Shown one piece after another: positions 1-9,164 of a stretch of DNA of 64,000 nucleotides. Source of the DNA: Candidatus Bathyarchaeia archaeon. Its GTDB lineage: Archaea; Thermoproteota; Bathyarchaeia; Bathyarchaeales; Bathycorpusculaceae. Numbering within the stretch: position 1 is the first letter of the stretch; each line of letters starts with the position of its first letter. The stretch spans positions 1 through 64,000 of the forward strand of contig JAVZLK010000007.1 in the NCBI GenBank assembly GCA_038883795.1, written 5' to 3'. A model generated the notes under the pieces. It searched no databases, was not told where the DNA came from, and saw nothing but the letters and a program-made list of their open reading frames with translations. The position numbers and the translations under genes are program-made.

Positions 1-597
1 TACTTTTTTGCTACGTCTAAGAAAAGTGTCTTTGAACTTGTAATGCTCTAACGCTTCCTTCTCTTCATTATAATAATCGCTAAGCTTATGCTTCCTTGCC
101 AAATCAATGATTAAGTTATAGCTTGCTATTGCCTCATTAAGACGCATTCCACTAACAGTTATGAAATCCATAAACAAAGCTAAATCAGATCTTGCATTCT
201 TAACTTGTCGAATCCACTCAAAGACTTCATTCACGTCTTTAGTCTTGGTTAATCTTTCAATGACAATTTGATCGCTTGACTTACCGCTCCACTCAATAGC
301 ATGACTACGCATAAGATTCTGGAATTGCGGATAAATTCCCAGGTATTTTGAAAGGTTCGCTAAAGCTCTAATGACATTGCCACGCACAGTTTTAGGCAAG
401 GTTTGAATTTCGCTAAAGTTTCCATTCAAAAGACAATGAGCATATTTCCGAGCGTAATTTACGCAATACTTCCCATATTCGCTTCTGCTTCTCTGAAGCA
501 TGAAATTTTGAAACCCATTCCAATCAATCGCTTCAAATTTAACCTCTGAGTCTTCCAAGCTTGCGATCCCGGGTTCAAATCCCGGCGACCGCACCAA
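1..597 (-). mobile_element. SSV-type tyrosine integrase, C-terminal fragment int(C), running off the left edge of the window
   Basis: Manual translation of an open minus-strand frame: LVRSPGFEPGIASLEDSEVKFEAIDWNGFQNF...ALANLSKYLG...SGMRLNEA...LEHYKFKDTFLRRSKKV. It contains the GxRxxE box of tyrosine recombinases and its N-terminal part reads through the tRNA-derived att site. Absent from the ORF track because there is no stop codon in the window. Confidence 0.85.
552..596 (+). repeat. Attachment site: 3' half of tRNA-Gly(TCC)
   Basis: CTTCCAAGCTTGCGATCCCGGGTTCAAATCCCGGCGACCGCACCA gives anticodon loop, T-arm, acceptor 3' strand and CCA. No D-arm or 5' acceptor strand upstream. Confidence 0.85.
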
Positions 598-770
598 AAA
601 TTTACATTGAATGGTTTCACTTTTAACGAAGGAAATAGTATCCCACTTTTCAGTTGCCAGAATCTATTAGTTGTAAGGCGCATTGGTGCATATGCAGTAG
701 GCGTAGTTCTGGAAATCTAGAGGGGGAGGGTTACTATTGACTGATTTTCAAACCAAAAGTATGGAGAAAA

Positions 771-1118
771 TTAACGTTTCTTTCTCTTCTCCTTCTTCGC
801 ATTATCAAATTTTCTCTTTTTCTTTCCAAAAAATTCTGGATACCGCCTAACATCCTCATGAACTGGTCTTGGAATATTAGTTCTTGGAAAATAAGCATCC
901 ATACGCCCTTCAGGAGGCACCAGCGGGTACTTTGGTTTCTCCTTTTTGTAAACAAAACGATAAAGGAAAAAAAGGTATACAGCGAAGCATGTGGAAAATG
1001 AAAGCGAGTAAAGAAATAATTTAGCCAAAAGAGAGAAGAATATGAAGGGTGTGAATAGGCAGATTCCAAAAATAAGGAAAAACCAAAATTTGATTTTCCT
1101 CTTCAAAGCTTTCTCCAA
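771..1118 (-). CDS. Small membrane protein with two hydrophobic segments and a basic C-terminus
   Basis: 115-aa ORF with an N-terminal hydrophobic hairpin; no family recognised. Confidence 0.55.
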   Translation of the reverse strand: MEKALKRKIKFWFFLIFGICLFTPFIFFSLLAKLFLYSLSFSTCFAVYLFFLYRFVYKKEKPKYPLVPPEGRMDAYFPRTNIPRPVHEDVRRYPEFFGKKKRKFDNAKKEKRKKR

Positions 1119-1201
1119 ACAATCTTTGCCAAACTAACTATTACGTTTTATGCCTTTGCAGTTTGTCTTTAAATAACCAAATAAGAATAACTTCTTTTAG
1201 C

Positions 1202-2104
1202 ATGTCCTCTGCTGAAATTGCCGTTCAAGTGTTCCGCACTTTAGAAAATGAAGACATTAGGATACTGCAAGTCATAGAAGCAGCCAAAAGCAAACATGAA
1301 TTTGTTCCAAAAGAAATTATAGCAAAATACGCAAAATTCAGCTTAGAAGAAACAGAATTTCGCCTAAACCGCCTAAACAAACTAAAACTCATATACAGAA
1401 TGAAAGGCGCCTATGTCGGCTACACACTAAATTATGCTGGCTACGATTGTTTGGCAATAAACGCCCTCGTAAAAGCTGGAATAATCGAAGCCTTCGGAAA
1501 ACCTTTAGGCGTAGGCAAAGAAGCAGACGTTTACGACGCCCTAAACCCAAAAGGGGAAAGAATAGCCGTAAAATTCCATAGACTCGGCAGAATAAGCTTC
1601 CGCCAAACAATAAGAAAAAGAGGCTACACAACTGAACACACCAACTGGCTTTATCAATCAAGACTCGCCGCAGAAAAAGAATTTGAAGCTCTAAAGCTCC
1701 TTTTTCCACATAAAATTGCTGTTCCAGAACCCATAAGCCAAAATCGCCATGTCCTAGTCATGGGAATGATTGAAGGTGCAGAACTCGCAGAATGCAAAGA
1801 AATTCCAAAACCCGAAAAAGTTCTCAAAGAAATATTACGGAATGTCCGCAAAGCTTACTTGAAGGCTGGCTTAATCCACGCAGACCTAAGCGAATATAAC
1901 ATCATTTTAAAGCCCAACATGCACATATTAATCATCGACTGGCCCCAATACGTTAGAAAGGAGCATCCCAACGCTCAACAACTCCTAACAAGGGATGTCA
2001 AAAATGTTTTGGATTTCTTTAAGCGCAAACACATGGTGAAAGCAAAACTGAAAGAAGCCATAGAATACGTAACTGGCAAAGATAAAACGTTAAGCTTTCA
2101 GTGA
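1202..2104 (+). CDS. rio2: RIO2-family Ser/Thr kinase (ribosome biogenesis)
   Basis: N-terminal winged helix (GYTLNYAGYDCLA), GVGKEADVY, KFHRLGRISF, IHADLSEYNI, IIDWPQ; ATG at 1202 preferred as start. Confidence 0.95.
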   Translation: MSSAEIAVQVFRTLENEDIRILQVIEAAKSKHEFVPKEIIAKYAKFSLEETEFRLNRLNKLKLIYRMKGAYVGYTLNYAGYDCLAINALVKAGIIEAFGKPLGVGKEADVYDALNPKGERIAVKFHRLGRISFRQTIRKRGYTTEHTNWLYQSRLAAEKEFEALKLLFPHKIAVPEPISQNRHVLVMGMIEGAELAECKEIPKPEKVLKEILRNVRKAYLKAGLIHADLSEYNIILKPNMHILIIDWPQYVRKEHPNAQQLLTRDVKNVLDFFKRKHMVKAKLKEAIEYVTGKDKTLSFQ

Positions 2105-2331
2105 ACATCAAGCACTATATAAAGAATATTGTTTCCACGTAGCAAAACATTCCCATAATTTGTAATTAACTGATCTTCTCTGCATTCCGTTGCTCCTTCC
2201 AAAAGAATATTCATGTGCCCATCACACTTTATCATCTTCCCCTTATATTCACATCCATTTTTCAATACCACAGCAATATTGGCATTTAACTGCTTAACAA
2301 GCACGTTCAAAGGCTTCTTACTAGGCTCCAT
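2098..2331 (-). CDS. Sm-like (LSm/SmAP) protein
   Basis: Sm1 (KGKMIKCDGHMNILL) and Sm2 (LLRGNNI) motifs. Confidence 0.93.
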   Translation of the reverse strand: MEPSKKPLNVLVKQLNANIAVVLKNGCEYKGKMIKCDGHMNILLEGATECREDQLITNYGNVLLRGNNILYIVLDVH

Positions 2332-2575
2332 GACAGCACCAGATTATTTACCTTAATACTCAATATCCAAAACCACCAAATATAAAAGTTTTATGAAAAA
2401 CTATTCCAAAAAATAAAGCAAATTAATCCACCTTCCAAATTCTAAAGCTTTTTCCAAAAATAAATCGCTTTTTCACAAAAACTTCATTTAGAAAATCCCT
2501 AAATTCCAAAAGAGAGAAATGTTCCCAAAGAATTAAAACGAGAAAGCTTCCTATTGCATAAGAGGAGAAAATATT

Positions 2576-4099
2576 ATGCATGAAGTGCGTATCGACGGGG
2601 AAACCCTAACCATTGAGGACGTTATAAAAGTTGCAAGAGAAAACGCAAAAGTCGTAATACCAGAAAAAGTAAAAGAGAAAGTGAGAAAAAGCCGAGAAGT
2701 TTTGGAAAAACTCGTCAAAGAAAAACAGATAATTTATGGCGTCAGCACGGGCTTCGGCGCTTTAAGCAACAAAACCATCACGCCTGAAGAAAGCAAAAAA
2801 CTGCAAACCAACCTCATCAGAAGCCACTCCACAGGCGTTGGAAAAAATTTAAGCACAGAAATTGTCCGCGCCCTCATGCTTTTACGAGTGAATACGCTTG
2901 CTAAGGGATATTCTGGCATACGCCTAGAAACCCTAGAAACCCTCGTGGATATGCTAAACAAAGGGGTACACCCAATAATCCCAGCAAAAGGCTCTGTGGG
3001 GGCAAGCGGAGACCTTGCCCCATTATCGCATATGAGTTTGGTGCTTATAGGCGAAGGAAAAGCCGAATACAAAGGCAAAGAAATGAGCGGAAGGGAGGCA
3101 ATGGAAAAAGCAAACATAAACCCCATTCAATTAGAATTTAAAGAGGGCATAGCCTTAAACAATGGCACACAACTAATGACAGCCATAGCCGCACTGGCGG
3201 TTTATGACGCTGAAAACCTAATTAAAACAGCGGAAACTGCAGCCGCCTTAAGCCTCGAAGCAATGCTTGGCGTTTCAGATGCCTTCGATGAAAAAATCCA
3301 CAAAGTAAGACCACACACTGGACAAGCAATAACAGCAAAAAACATAAGAGAACTAATCATGGGAAGCCAACTTATCCAAACGGGAAAAGAAGCCTTTGAA
3401 AGACTGAAGCGTCCCCACGACCCCTACAGCCTAAGATGCACACCCCAAATTTTAGGCGCCGCCAGAGACGCCATAGCCTACGCAAGAAAAGTTGTGGAAA
3501 TTGAAATCAATTCAGCCACAGACAACCCCCTCATCTTCCCAGAAGAAGAAATATGCCTTTCAGGAGGAAACTTCCACGGACAACCCCTAAGCCTTGCCGT
3601 GGACCTTCTCGGAATAGCCCTAACCATCATCGGCAATTTATCAGAAAGAAGAATCGCCAGACTTCTCGACGAAAAACTCAACAATGGCTTGCCAGCTTTT
3701 CTAATTCCACCAGAGGCAAAAACTGGATTAAACAGCGGATTAATGACTCTACAGTACACAGCAGCTGCTCTCGCTTCAGAAAACAAGGTTTTAGCCCATC
3801 CAGCATGCGTAGACTCAATTCCAACATCAGCAAACTTTGAAGACTTCGTAAGCATGGGAACAACTGCAGCCCAAAAGGCCATGCAAATCCTAGAAAACAC
3901 AGAATACATAATAGCCATAGAGCTTCTATGCGCAGCCCAAGCAATAGACCTTCGAGGACCAGAAAAGCTTGGAAAAGGAACCAAAAAAGCGTATATAGCC
4001 ATCAGAAAAATAGTGCCGATGCTAAAAGAGGACAGAGTGCTAAGTGAAGACATAGAGAAGATTAAACAAGCTATGTATACTCTTTTAAGGCTTGAATAA
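2576..4099 (+). CDS. hutH: Histidine ammonia-lyase
   Basis: YGVSTGFG, MIO-forming GASGDLAPL, YSLRC, SATDNP, SGGNFHGQP, EDFVSMG. Confidence 0.93.
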   Translation: MHEVRIDGETLTIEDVIKVARENAKVVIPEKVKEKVRKSREVLEKLVKEKQIIYGVSTGFGALSNKTITPEESKKLQTNLIRSHSTGVGKNLSTEIVRALMLLRVNTLAKGYSGIRLETLETLVDMLNKGVHPIIPAKGSVGASGDLAPLSHMSLVLIGEGKAEYKGKEMSGREAMEKANINPIQLEFKEGIALNNGTQLMTAIAALAVYDAENLIKTAETAAALSLEAMLGVSDAFDEKIHKVRPHTGQAITAKNIRELIMGSQLIQTGKEAFERLKRPHDPYSLRCTPQILGAARDAIAYARKVVEIEINSATDNPLIFPEEEICLSGGNFHGQPLSLAVDLLGIALTIIGNLSERRIARLLDEKLNNGLPAFLIPPEAKTGLNSGLMTLQYTAAALASENKVLAHPACVDSIPTSANFEDFVSMGTTAAQKAMQILENTEYIIAIELLCAAQAIDLRGPEKLGKGTKKAYIAIRKIVPMLKEDRVLSEDIEKIKQAMYTLLRLE

Positions 4100-5009
4100 C
4101 TTTCTCCGCTACTGCTACAGCGAGCCTCTTAAGGGTTTCCTCGCAATTTGCTGCTAAATGGGGTGTAAGAATAACATTATCAAACCTTGTTAAAGGATTA
4201 TCTAAACTTAAAGGCTCAGATTCGAAAACATCCAAGGCTGCTCCAGCCACCTTTCCAGAAACCAAAGCCTTATACAATGCCTTTTCGTCTATGACTGCGC
4301 CCCTAGCCGTGTTAACAATGTAAACGCCACGTTTCATTAAAGCAAACTCCTTAAAGGAAATCATATGATAAGTTTCGGAGGTTAACGGAACATGAATCGA
4401 TATTATGTCTGAAATCTTCAAAAGTTCGTTAAAAGAAACGTATTTTACTCCAAGCTGCCTTTCAAGCTCCACGCTTCTGTTCCGCTTATAATAGACCAAG
4501 TTGACGTTAAAACCGCAAAGCCTCTTAGCAACAGCGCTTCCAATCCGCCCAAATCCCAAAATCCCTATAGTCTTACCCATAAGCTCAACGCCCACTAGAC
4601 CACTGTATTTCTTGTTCCACTCTCCCTTTCTAACCGCGCCGTCAGCTAAGGGTATCTTTCGTAAGAGAGCCAAGATAAGTCCAACAGTGAATTCAGCCAC
4701 GCTATCGGTTAATGCCTCTGGAGTTCGAACTATACGAATACCCTTTTTCTCTGCAAAATCCACATCAATATGATCAACCCCTACACCATGAACCCCAATC
4801 ACTTTAAGATTCTTAGAAACATCCAAAACTTCCCTCGGAATTTTTATAAAACCCCTAGTAATAAAAGCGTCAGCCTCCCTACAAAACTTTAAAATATCCT
4901 TCCAACCAGCATCGGGGCTAAGCTGAATTACCTTTCCATATTTTTCCAAAACTCCTATACCACAAGAGTGAATGGGTTCTATTACAAGAAAAGTGAAACT
5001 TTTATCCAT
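4071..5009 (-). CDS. D-isomer-specific 2-hydroxyacid dehydrogenase (SerA/glyoxylate reductase-like)
   Basis: GVGVDHID, GFGRIG, NTARGAVID, LDVFESEP, TPHLA. Confidence 0.92.
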   Translation of the reverse strand: MDKSFTFLVIEPIHSCGIGVLEKYGKVIQLSPDAGWKDILKFCREADAFITRGFIKIPREVLDVSKNLKVIGVHGVGVDHIDVDFAEKKGIRIVRTPEALTDSVAEFTVGLILALLRKIPLADGAVRKGEWNKKYSGLVGVELMGKTIGILGFGRIGSAVAKRLCGFNVNLVYYKRNRSVELERQLGVKYVSFNELLKISDIISIHVPLTSETYHMISFKEFALMKRGVYIVNTARGAVIDEKALYKALVSGKVAGAALDVFESEPLSLDNPLTRFDNVILTPHLAANCEETLKRLAVAVAEKVIQALKEYT

Positions 5010-5068
5010 AACGCTCTACCTGCCATTAGCATACATAAAATAGTGTTCAAGTTAAATTTATGATTGCT

Positions 5069-5203
5069 TGGTCGGGCGGGCAGGATTTGAACCTGCGACA
5101 CTCCGGTTTCCGCTTTGCGTTTGTGCGCTTGGTAGGCTGATTTGGCACCCACCATGGGTGGATGTCTACAGCCGGAAGCTCTACCAAGCTGAGCTACCGC
5201 CCG
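5069..5203 (-). tRNA. tRNA-Tyr(GTA) with a 58-nt intron at 37/38 (5108-5165), CCA encoded
   Basis: Acceptor CGGGCGG/CCGCCCG-A-CCA (C1:G72 and A73 are archaeal Tyr identity elements), D-arm TAGCTCAGCTTGGTAGAGC, anticodon arm TCCGG-CTGTAG/A-CCGGA, T-loop GGTTCAAATCC. Confidence 0.93.
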
Positions 5204-5258
5204 AACCAAAAATTCTAAAATAAGAAGATTAGATTTATGCCTTTCGTTAATGACTGTT

Positions 5259-6239
5259 TTAGTGGGCTATTTTGTGGCATGCTACGTAATGTCCTTTTCC
5301 AACATCTACTAGTTCGGGCTCTTCAACAGAACATTTGGTGTTTTTGTATGGACATCTTGTGTGGAATCTGCATCCAGATGGTGGATTAATCGGACTTGGA
5401 ACTTCCCCCTTCAACTCCATGTATTTTCGTTTAACTTTAGGATTTGGTACAGGTATAGCTGACAAAAGCGCTATAGTGTAAGGATGAAGAGCTTCAGAGA
5501 AAATAGTTTCTTTCAAACCGGTTTCAACGATTTTTCCCAGATACATTATAGCTACTTTGTTGGAGATGTACTTGGCTACAGCTAAATCATGAGTTATAAA
5601 GATGTAAGTTAAATTAAGCTCTTCTTTCAGTTGCATCATAAGTTCAAGAATTTTCGCTCTTAATGAAACATCTATCATAGAAATGGGTTCATCAGCCACA
5701 ACAAGGTCAGGATTAAGAATCATTGCACGGGCTATGGCAGCTCTTTGCCTTTGACCCCCACTAAGTTCATGAGGATAAGCATAATAGAACTTTTCAGCTG
5801 GTTCGAGACCAACTTTTTCCAGCATTTCCAAAACAAGTTTTTTCTTTTCTTCCTTAAACGCCATATTGTAAATCTCCAAGGGATTACCTACAGAGTCTCC
5901 TATTCTCATCCGAGGGTTAAGGGAAGCATAAGGATCTTGAAATATTATTTGTGCATGCTTTCTAATTTTTCTTAAAGGTTCTCCTTTCAAGAACGTTATA
6001 TCTGTTCCCTTAAAGAAAATTTTTCCATCAGTAGGCTCGATAAGGCGCACGATCAACCTTCCAGTCGTTGTTTTTCCACATCCGCTTTCTCCAGCTAATG
6101 TGAAAACTTCTCCCTTCTCAACTTCAAAGCTTATTTCATCCACCGCTTTAACATATTCCAATTTTCTGCTTAGAAGTCTCTCCAGAAAACTTTTTTGCAC
6201 CGGGAAGTATTTCTTTAATTTCTCAACTTTCAAAAGCAT
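5259..6239 (-). CDS. Oligopeptide/dipeptide ABC transporter ATPase (OppF/DppF-like)
   Basis: GESGCGKT, LSGGQRQR, ADEP, C-terminal PSGCRFHTRC...VACH. Confidence 0.93.
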   Translation of the reverse strand: MLLKVEKLKKYFPVQKSFLERLLSRKLEYVKAVDEISFEVEKGEVFTLAGESGCGKTTTGRLIVRLIEPTDGKIFFKGTDITFLKGEPLRKIRKHAQIIFQDPYASLNPRMRIGDSVGNPLEIYNMAFKEEKKKLVLEMLEKVGLEPAEKFYYAYPHELSGGQRQRAAIARAMILNPDLVVADEPISMIDVSLRAKILELMMQLKEELNLTYIFITHDLAVAKYISNKVAIMYLGKIVETGLKETIFSEALHPYTIALLSAIPVPNPKVKRKYMELKGEVPSPINPPSGCRFHTRCPYKNTKCSVEEPELVDVGKGHYVACHKIAH

Positions 6240-6254
6240 GAAAGCCTATCCCAC

Positions 6255-7226
6255 TCATTTCACATAGTTAAAGCACTTCACAAAGTGCCCTATTTTAGCC
6301 TGAATTAATGGAGGCTCCTTTTCTTTGCATATTTCTTTAACATAGGAACATCTTGGATAAAACCTACAACCTTTAGGAGGGTTAATCAAGTCTGGCGGCA
6401 TTCCTGGGATATACTCAAGTTTTTGGTCTGAAAGTTGGATGTTAGGCACCGAGTGGAGTAATGCCTCCGCGTATGGATGCAAGGGTTCTTCAAAAAAGGC
6501 TGTAACTTCGGCAAATTCCACTAAATGACCAGCGTACATTAGAGCAATTTTATCAGCTATTTCGGATACTATGCTTATGTCGTGTGTTATTAAGATCAAG
6601 CTCATGTCATAAAGCTTTTTTAAACTTTTCATGAGCTCCAAAATTTGAAACTGAACTATCACATCAAGGGATGATGTCGGTTCATCTGCTATGACCAAGT
6701 CGGGTTTCAAAGCCAAAGCTAAAGCAATTCCAACCCTCTGCCGCATTCCTCCACTGAATTGATGCGGATAATCATTAAATCTTTCACGAAGAATACCGAC
6801 ATCTTCTAAAAGCTTCAACGCCCTTTCACGAGCTTCTTCTAAATTAACTTTTTCGTGTGTTAGTATTGTTTCTGTAAGGTGTTCACCTATCTTCATTAAG
6901 GGGTTCAAAGAAGTTGTAGGATCCTGAAAAACCATAGAAATTTTCTTACCCCGAATTTTTTGCATTTCTTTCTCATCCAATTTCGTTAGGTCTATTCCTT
7001 GAAAAAACATTCTTCCATTAACTATTCTACCAGGCGGAGGAACAAGCTTTAATATGGCTAGACCCAAAGTTGATTTTCCAGAACCGGACTCCCCGACCAC
7101 CCCTATAGTCTCTCTCTTTTTAATTGAGAAATTTACATCATCTACCGCTCTTACCATCCCCTCTCTCGTATAATAGTAAACTTTTAGGTTCTCTGTTCTG
7201 AGAAGCTCCTCCGCCATCACCTTCAT
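6255..7226 (-). CDS. Oligopeptide/dipeptide ABC transporter ATPase (OppD/DppD-like)
   Basis: GESGSGKS, FSGGMRQR, ADEPT, GCRFYPRC. Confidence 0.93.
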   Translation of the reverse strand: MKVMAEELLRTENLKVYYYTREGMVRAVDDVNFSIKKRETIGVVGESGSGKSTLGLAILKLVPPPGRIVNGRMFFQGIDLTKLDEKEMQKIRGKKISMVFQDPTTSLNPLMKIGEHLTETILTHEKVNLEEARERALKLLEDVGILRERFNDYPHQFSGGMRQRVGIALALALKPDLVIADEPTSSLDVIVQFQILELMKSLKKLYDMSLILITHDISIVSEIADKIALMYAGHLVEFAEVTAFFEEPLHPYAEALLHSVPNIQLSDQKLEYIPGMPPDLINPPKGCRFYPRCSYVKEICKEKEPPLIQAKIGHFVKCFNYVK

Positions 7227-8101
7227 CTCCTAGTCAGCCTTGGGTTAAGAATTTCAGTGAGCCCCTCGCCAAAAAGGCTGAAACCTAAAGTTAGGAGGAC
7301 AATCATGAGGCCTGGAAATGTTCCAGTCCACCAAATTTTAGAAGTAAGCTCACCATATCCCATCCTTAAATCGACTCCCCAGTCCGGTATATCTGCAGGC
7401 ATTCCAAGTCCGAGAAAACTCAGAGCAGCCAATGTTAGAACGGCGTCGGCAGCATTTAATGATAGTACTATGGGAAGGGATGGAATCACGTTTGGAAAAA
7501 TGTATTTGAATATTATTGTTTTATCCTTTGCCCCAATTGCCCTTGCAGCTTCTATGAAAAGGTTTTCTTTTAAAGAGAGAACCTCGCCTCTTATCATCCT
7601 AAAATAGATTGGAATGTACACTACCGTCAGTGATGCTGTTACGGGAATTATTCCTTGCCCTAACATGACGGCTAAGGCTATGGCTAATATTAAACCGGGG
7701 AGAGCATATACGCTATCCATCACGAGAGAGAGAACCGTATCGAATTTTCCTCCAACGTATCCCGATAACAACCCGAGAAGCACGCCGCATAAGGATGATA
7801 AAGCCATTGATAAAAGAGTTATTAGCAGAACGGTTCTAGATCCGTAAAAAATTCTGCTGAGTATATCCCGTCCAAAACCATCGGTGCCCATCAAAAAATT
7901 GAAGTTTGGACTTTCATATATTCCTCCTACCCCTATCTTGTTCGGATCGTAGGGAGCAATTATCGAAGCAAAAAGGGCCATGAAAACAAAAACTGCTATT
8001 ATTGCGAGTCCAGCAAACATGAAAGCATACTCTACTCCTTTTCTTGGCGAAAATTTTCTAAGTTTAGAAACGACAAACCTTGAAAAAGAAAGCTTTGCCA
8101 T
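7223..8101 (-). CDS. Peptide ABC transporter permease (OppC/DppC-like)
   Basis: MGTDGFGRDILSRI, EAARAIGA (EAA loop), LSFLGLG. Confidence 0.93.
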   Translation of the reverse strand: MAKLSFSRFVVSKLRKFSPRKGVEYAFMFAGLAIIAVFVFMALFASIIAPYDPNKIGVGGIYESPNFNFLMGTDGFGRDILSRIFYGSRTVLLITLLSMALSSLCGVLLGLLSGYVGGKFDTVLSLVMDSVYALPGLILAIALAVMLGQGIIPVTASLTVVYIPIYFRMIRGEVLSLKENLFIEAARAIGAKDKTIIFKYIFPNVIPSLPIVLSLNAADAVLTLAALSFLGLGMPADIPDWGVDLRMGYGELTSKIWWTGTFPGLMIVLLTLGFSLFGEGLTEILNPRLTRR

Positions 8102-8112
8102 TTCATTCCTCC

Positions 8113-9123
8113 CTAATATCTAATCCTCGGATCTATGTATACATAAATTATGTCAACCACGAGGCTTACTAAAACTATTAGAACAGCTAGGAAAACTATT
8201 GTTCCTTGGACGGTTGTAAAGTCTCGATATGATATTCGCTCAAAAAGGAAGTAGCCCATTCCAGGCCAAGAAAAGGTAGTTTCTGTCAAAACTGCTCCAA
8301 CCAAAAGCATTGCAAACTGCAAGCCCATCATAGTTAATATTGGAATAAACGCGTTTTTCAGTGCATGTTTATAAATGACGGTTCTCTCTGGAAGCCCTCT
8401 GGCTCTTGCTGCTCTTATGAAATCTTTTTGCATAACCTCTATCATGTGAGCCCTTGTGAGTCTTGTGAAAATTCCAGAAAGATATATTCCTAAGGTTACG
8501 GTTGGCAAAATTAAATGTTCTATAGAGTTAATGAGGCTTGGAATGTTGAACGTTATAATACTGTCTACAATGTAAAGTCCAGTGATTGTTTGTGGCGCCA
8601 TTAAGGGATCTGTACGGCCGCCTATCGGAAGCCAACCCAAATATACTCCAAATATCAGTTGAAGAATCAAACCAAGCCATGGAATGAAAATAGCATAGGT
8701 AGCGATGCCATACAGTCTCGTAAGATGATCTGCAGGTTTATTTTGTCTTTGTGCAGAAAATACTCCAGTAAATATCCCAAAAAGAACACTGAAAGTGAAA
8801 GCAAAAATTGAAAGCTCCAAAGTGGCTGGAAAATGCTCAAAAATCTCTTCCAAAACTGGTCTCTCACCCCAAATCATTGACCTACCAAAATCTAAACGCA
8901 AAAGCCTCATAACATAATCTAAATATTGAACATAAAGCGGTTTATTAAGCCCAAGCTTTTCTCTTAACCGCTCAATCTCCCCCGGAGGAGCATGACCCCC
9001 AAGGATAGCGCTTACTGGATCACCTGCAACTCTCATTATTAGAAAAACTACACTTAAAAGTATTAACAACATTGGAATGGATAAAAGTATACGCCTAATT
9101 ATGTATAGCCTTAATGATGCCAA
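8113..9123 (-). CDS. Peptide ABC transporter permease (OppB/DppB-like)
   Basis: GLNKPLYVQY, PATLEL, ARARGL, ETTFSWPGMG, DPRIRY. Confidence 0.93.
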   Translation of the reverse strand: MASLRLYIIRRILLSIPMLLILLSVVFLIMRVAGDPVSAILGGHAPPGEIERLREKLGLNKPLYVQYLDYVMRLLRLDFGRSMIWGERPVLEEIFEHFPATLELSIFAFTFSVLFGIFTGVFSAQRQNKPADHLTRLYGIATYAIFIPWLGLILQLIFGVYLGWLPIGGRTDPLMAPQTITGLYIVDSIITFNIPSLINSIEHLILPTVTLGIYLSGIFTRLTRAHMIEVMQKDFIRAARARGLPERTVIYKHALKNAFIPILTMMGLQFAMLLVGAVLTETTFSWPGMGYFLFERISYRDFTTVQGTIVFLAVLIVLVSLVVDIIYVYIDPRIRY

Positions 9124-9164
9124 TCATTTTCCCAGAAAAAAGGAGGTAGTAGTGTATTTAATTT

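Noticed and set aside
520-596. Complete tRNA-Gly gene
   Set aside because: No 5' acceptor strand or D-arm; only the 3' half is present, so it is an att site
459-683. ORF-track 74-aa ORF
   Set aside because: It is an alternative-frame reading of the antisense half-tRNA (WCGRRDLNPG); the integrase is in a different frame
4982-5209. 75-aa ORF
   Set aside because: It is a translation of the tRNA-Tyr gene
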